This document shows, in pieces, positions 60,455-64,000 of a DNA stretch of 64,000 nt (its first letter is position 1; the number at the start of each line of letters is the position of its first letter). Both the position numbers and the translations under genes were made by a program. The notes below the pieces were generated by a model. That model ran no database searches, was not told the DNA's origin, and saw only the letters and a program-made list of their open reading frames with translations. This DNA comes from Heterodontus francisci (Eukaryota), in the NCBI RefSeq assembly GCF_036365525.1, contig NC_090384.1, forward strand, positions 34,047,966 through 34,111,965, written 5' to 3'.

Positions 60455-61820
60455 TGAAAATTCTAGAGTCCATTATAAAAGATTTTATAGCAGAGCACTT
60501 GGAGAACAGTGGTAGAATCGGACAGAGTCAGCATGGATTTACGAAAGGGAAATCATGCTTGACAAATCTACTAGAATTCATTGAGAATGTAACGAGTAGA
60601 GTTGATGAGGGGGAGCCAATAGATGTGGTTTATTTAGACTTTCAGAAGGCTTTCGACAAAGTCCTACGTAAGAGATTAGCGTGTAAAATTAAAGCGCAAG
60701 GGATTGGGGTTAGTGTATTGCAATGGATAGAAAATTGGTTGGCAGACAGGAAACAAAGAGTAGGAATAAATGAGTCTTTTTCCAAATGGCAGGCATTGAC
60801 TAGTGGGGTACCGCAGGGATTGGTGCTAGGACCCCAGATATTCACAATATATATTAATGATTTAGATGAGGGAACTAAATGTAATATCTCCAAATTTGCA
60901 GATGACACAAAACTGGGTGGGAGGGTGAGTTGTGAAGAGGATGCAGAGAGGCTTCAGGGTGATTTGGACAAGTTGAGTGAGTGAGCAAATGCATGGCAGA
61001 TGCAGTATAATGTGGATAAATGTGAGGTTATTTGGTAGCAAAAACAGGAAGGCAGATTATTATCTGAATGGCTGTAAACTGACAGCGGGGAATATGCAAC
61101 GAGACCTGGGTGTTCTCGTACACCAGTCGCTGAAGGTAAGCATGCAGGTCCAACAGGCGGTAAAAAAGGCAAATGGTATGTTGGCCTTCATAGTGAGAGG
61201 ATTCGAGTACAGGCGTTGGGATGTCTTGCTGCAATTATACAGGGCCTTGGTGAGGTCGCACCTGGAATATTGTGTGCAGTTTTGGTCTCCTTATCTGAAG
61301 AAGGATGTTTTTACTATAGAGGGAGTGCAGTGAAGGTTTACCAGACTGATACCTGGGATGGCGGGACTGACATATGAGGAGAGATTGAGTCGGTTAGGAT
61401 TATATTCGCTGGAGTTCAAAAGAGTGAGGGGGCTGTCATAGAAACCTTTAAAATTCTGACAGGACTTGACAGGGTAGATGCAGGAAGGATGTTCGTGATG
61501 GTGGGGAAGTCCAGAACCAGGGGTCATAGTGTAAGAATACGGGGTAAACCTTTCAGGACTGAGATGAGGAGAAATTACTTCATCCAGAGAGTGGTGAGCC
61601 TGTGGATTTCGCTACCACAGAAAGCAGTTGAGGCCAAAACATTGTATGTTTTCAAGAAGGAGTTTGATATAGTTCTTGGGGCAAAAGGGATCAAAGGATA
61701 TGGGGAGAAAGCGGGAACAGGTTACTGAATTGGATGATCAGCCATGATCATAATGAATGGTGGAGCATGCTCAAAGGGCCGAATGGCCTACTCCTGCTCC
61801 TATTTTCTATGTTTCTATGT
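60455..61820 (+). mobile_element. CR1 (HER1-like) LINE nested in an opposite-strand CR1
   Basis: QHGFTKGKSCLTNLLEF, VYLDFQKAFDKV, SGVPQGLVLGP, SKFADDTKLGG; (tttctatg)n tail. Confidence 0.95.
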
Positions 61821-61821
61821 T

Positions 61822-64000
61822 TGACCTTTCTGCCAATGGGAACAATTTCTTTCTATCTACTCTCTGTCTGGATCCCTCATGATTTTGAACACCTCGATCA
61901 AATCTCCTCTGAACCTTTTGTTCTCGAAGCAAAACCACCCCAGCTCCACCAACCTATTCTCGTAACTGAAGCTCCTCACCCCTGGAACCATTCTCGTACA
62001 TCTTTTCTGCACCCTCGCTAAAGCCTTCACATCCTTTCTAAAATGCAGTGTCCAGAATTGGACACAATACTTCAGCTGAGACCGAATCAGTGTTTTATAA
62101 AGGTTCACCATAACATCCTTGCTTTTGTTCTCTACGCCTCTATTAATACAGCCCAGGATCCCATATGCTTTTGTCACCACTTTTTCAACCTGCCCTGCCA
62201 ACTTCAACAATTTGTGCTCATATACCACCAGGTTTCTCTGTTCCTGCACCCCATTTAGTATTGTACCCTTTATTTTATATTGTCTCTCCTCATTCTTCCA
62301 ACCAAAATGTATCACTTAGCACTTCTCTGCATTATATTTCATCTGTCACATGTCTGCCCATTTCACCAGCCTGTCTACGTCCTCTTGAAGTCTATCATTA
62401 TCCTTCTCATATTCCACTATCCTTCTAAGTTTTGTGCCATCTGAAAATTTTGAAATTGTGACCTGTGTACCCAAGTCTTAGTCATTAATATATCAAGAAA
62501 AGCAGTGGTCCTAGTACTAACCCCTGGGGAACACTAATGTATACCTTCCTTCAGTCCGAAAAACAACTGCTGACCACAACTCTCTGTTTCCTGTCACTCA
62601 GCTACTTCGTATCCATGCTGCCAGTGCCCCTTTATTCCATGGGCTTCAAGTTTGCTGGCAAGCCTCAAGCCTATTATATGGCATTTTATCAAAAGCATTT
62701 GAAAGTCCTTATACACCACATCAACCCTCTCTGTTATCCCATCAAAAAGCTCAATCCAGTTAGTTAAACAAAAATTGCCTTTAACAAATCTGTGCTGGCT
62801 TTCCTTAATTAATTAACATTTGTCCATGTGACTGTTAAATTTGTCCCAGATTATCGTATCTCAAAGCTTTCCCAGTGTTGAGGTTACACTGACTGGCTTG
62901 TAGTTGCTGGGTTTATTCTTACACCGTTTTTTGAACAAGGGTGTAACATTTGCATTTCACCAGTCCCATATCTAAGGAGGATTAGAAGATTATGGCAAGC
63001 ATCTCCACAATTTCCACCCTTACTTCCCTCAGCATTCTCGGATGCATCTTATCCAGTTCTGGTGACTTAACAACTTTAAGTACAGCTAATCTTTCTAATA
63101 CTTCCTCTTTATCAATTTTTAGCCCATCCAGTATTTCAACTACCTCCTTTTTCACTATGACTTTGACAACATCTTCTTCCTTGGAAAGACAGCTGCAAAG
63201 TATTCATTTAGTTCCTCAGCCATGCTTTCTGCCTCTATATGTAAGTCTTTTTTGCTCCTTAATCAGACCCTAATCTTGCTACCCTTTCACTATTTATATA
63301 TCAATAGAAGACTTTTGGATTCTTTTTCATGTTAGTTGCCAGTCTCTTCTCATATTCTCTCTTTGCTTCTCTTATTCCCTTTTTCACTTCCCCACTAAAT
63401 TTTCTATGTTCAGTCTGGTTCTCACTTGTATTATCAACCTGACATCTGTCGTACCCCCTTATCTGCTTCATCTTACTGTCGTTCCCTTTCGTCATCCCGG
63501 GAGCTCTGGCTTTGCTTGGCCTACCTTTCCCCCTCGCAGGAATGCACCTTGACTGTACCATCTCCTGTTCAAAGGCAGCCCATTGGTCGATTATAGATTC
63601 GCCTGCCAATCTTTGGTTCCAAATTACCCAGGACAGATCTGTTCTCATCCCACTGAAATTGTCCCTCCATCAATTAAATATTTTACTCTAGATTGCTCCT
63701 TGTCTTTTTCCATATCTAATCTAAACCTTATGATACTATTATCACTGTTCCTTAAATGTTCCCCTATAGACACTTGGTCCATTTGAATCACCTCATTCTC
63801 CAGAATCAGATCCAGCAATGCCTCCTTCCTCATTGGGCCAGAAACATACTGATCAAGAAAATTCTCCTGAATTCACTTCAGAAACTCTTCCCCATCTCTA
63901 CCTTTTAGACGATTATTGGATAATTGAAGTCCCCATTATCACTACTCTATAGTTTTTTCACCTCTCTGTAATTTCCCTGCAAATTTACTCTTCTTTCTCT
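61822..64000 (-). mobile_element. CR1 LINE (family A), degenerate ORF2 running off the window end
   Basis: LIRSQLKYCVQFW; EAKREYEKRLATNMKKNPKVFY; endonuclease end EALLDLILEN...EHLRNSDNSIIRF. Confidence 0.93.

Overview
This is eukaryotic (vertebrate) genomic DNA, almost certainly from a cartilaginous fish (shark). The assignment rests on its repeats: CR1/HER1-type LINE tails, Deu-domain SINEs, abundant LF-SINE copies and the CTGAAGAAGGGTC...GAAACGTT fold-back elements. Most of the window is layered, nested transposon debris: two CR1-group LINE families, L2, at least two RTE lineages, two PIF/Harbinger transposons (HARBI1-like transposase plus a convergent three-exon Myb/SANT gene) and Harbinger-type MITEs. 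It also holds a decayed but structurally complete Ty1/Copia LTR retrotransposon (49673-56020, minus strand, tRNA-iMet PBS, GalEa-like). No host protein-coding gene could be identified. A repeat-poor, CpG-richer island at about 21.1-23.2 kb has a CRE, CCAAT boxes, an ETS site and minus-strand splice signals, suggesting the promoter and non-coding first exons of an unidentified gene. The most unusual signal is a family of short, TSD-flanked fold-back elements carrying a minimal hammerhead-ribozyme motif (Penelope-like pLTR derivatives), including a perfect 89-bp-arm palindrome at 54149-54330. Family names come from recalled motifs, not database searches. Repeat boundaries are approximate unless TSDs or TIRs are quoted.
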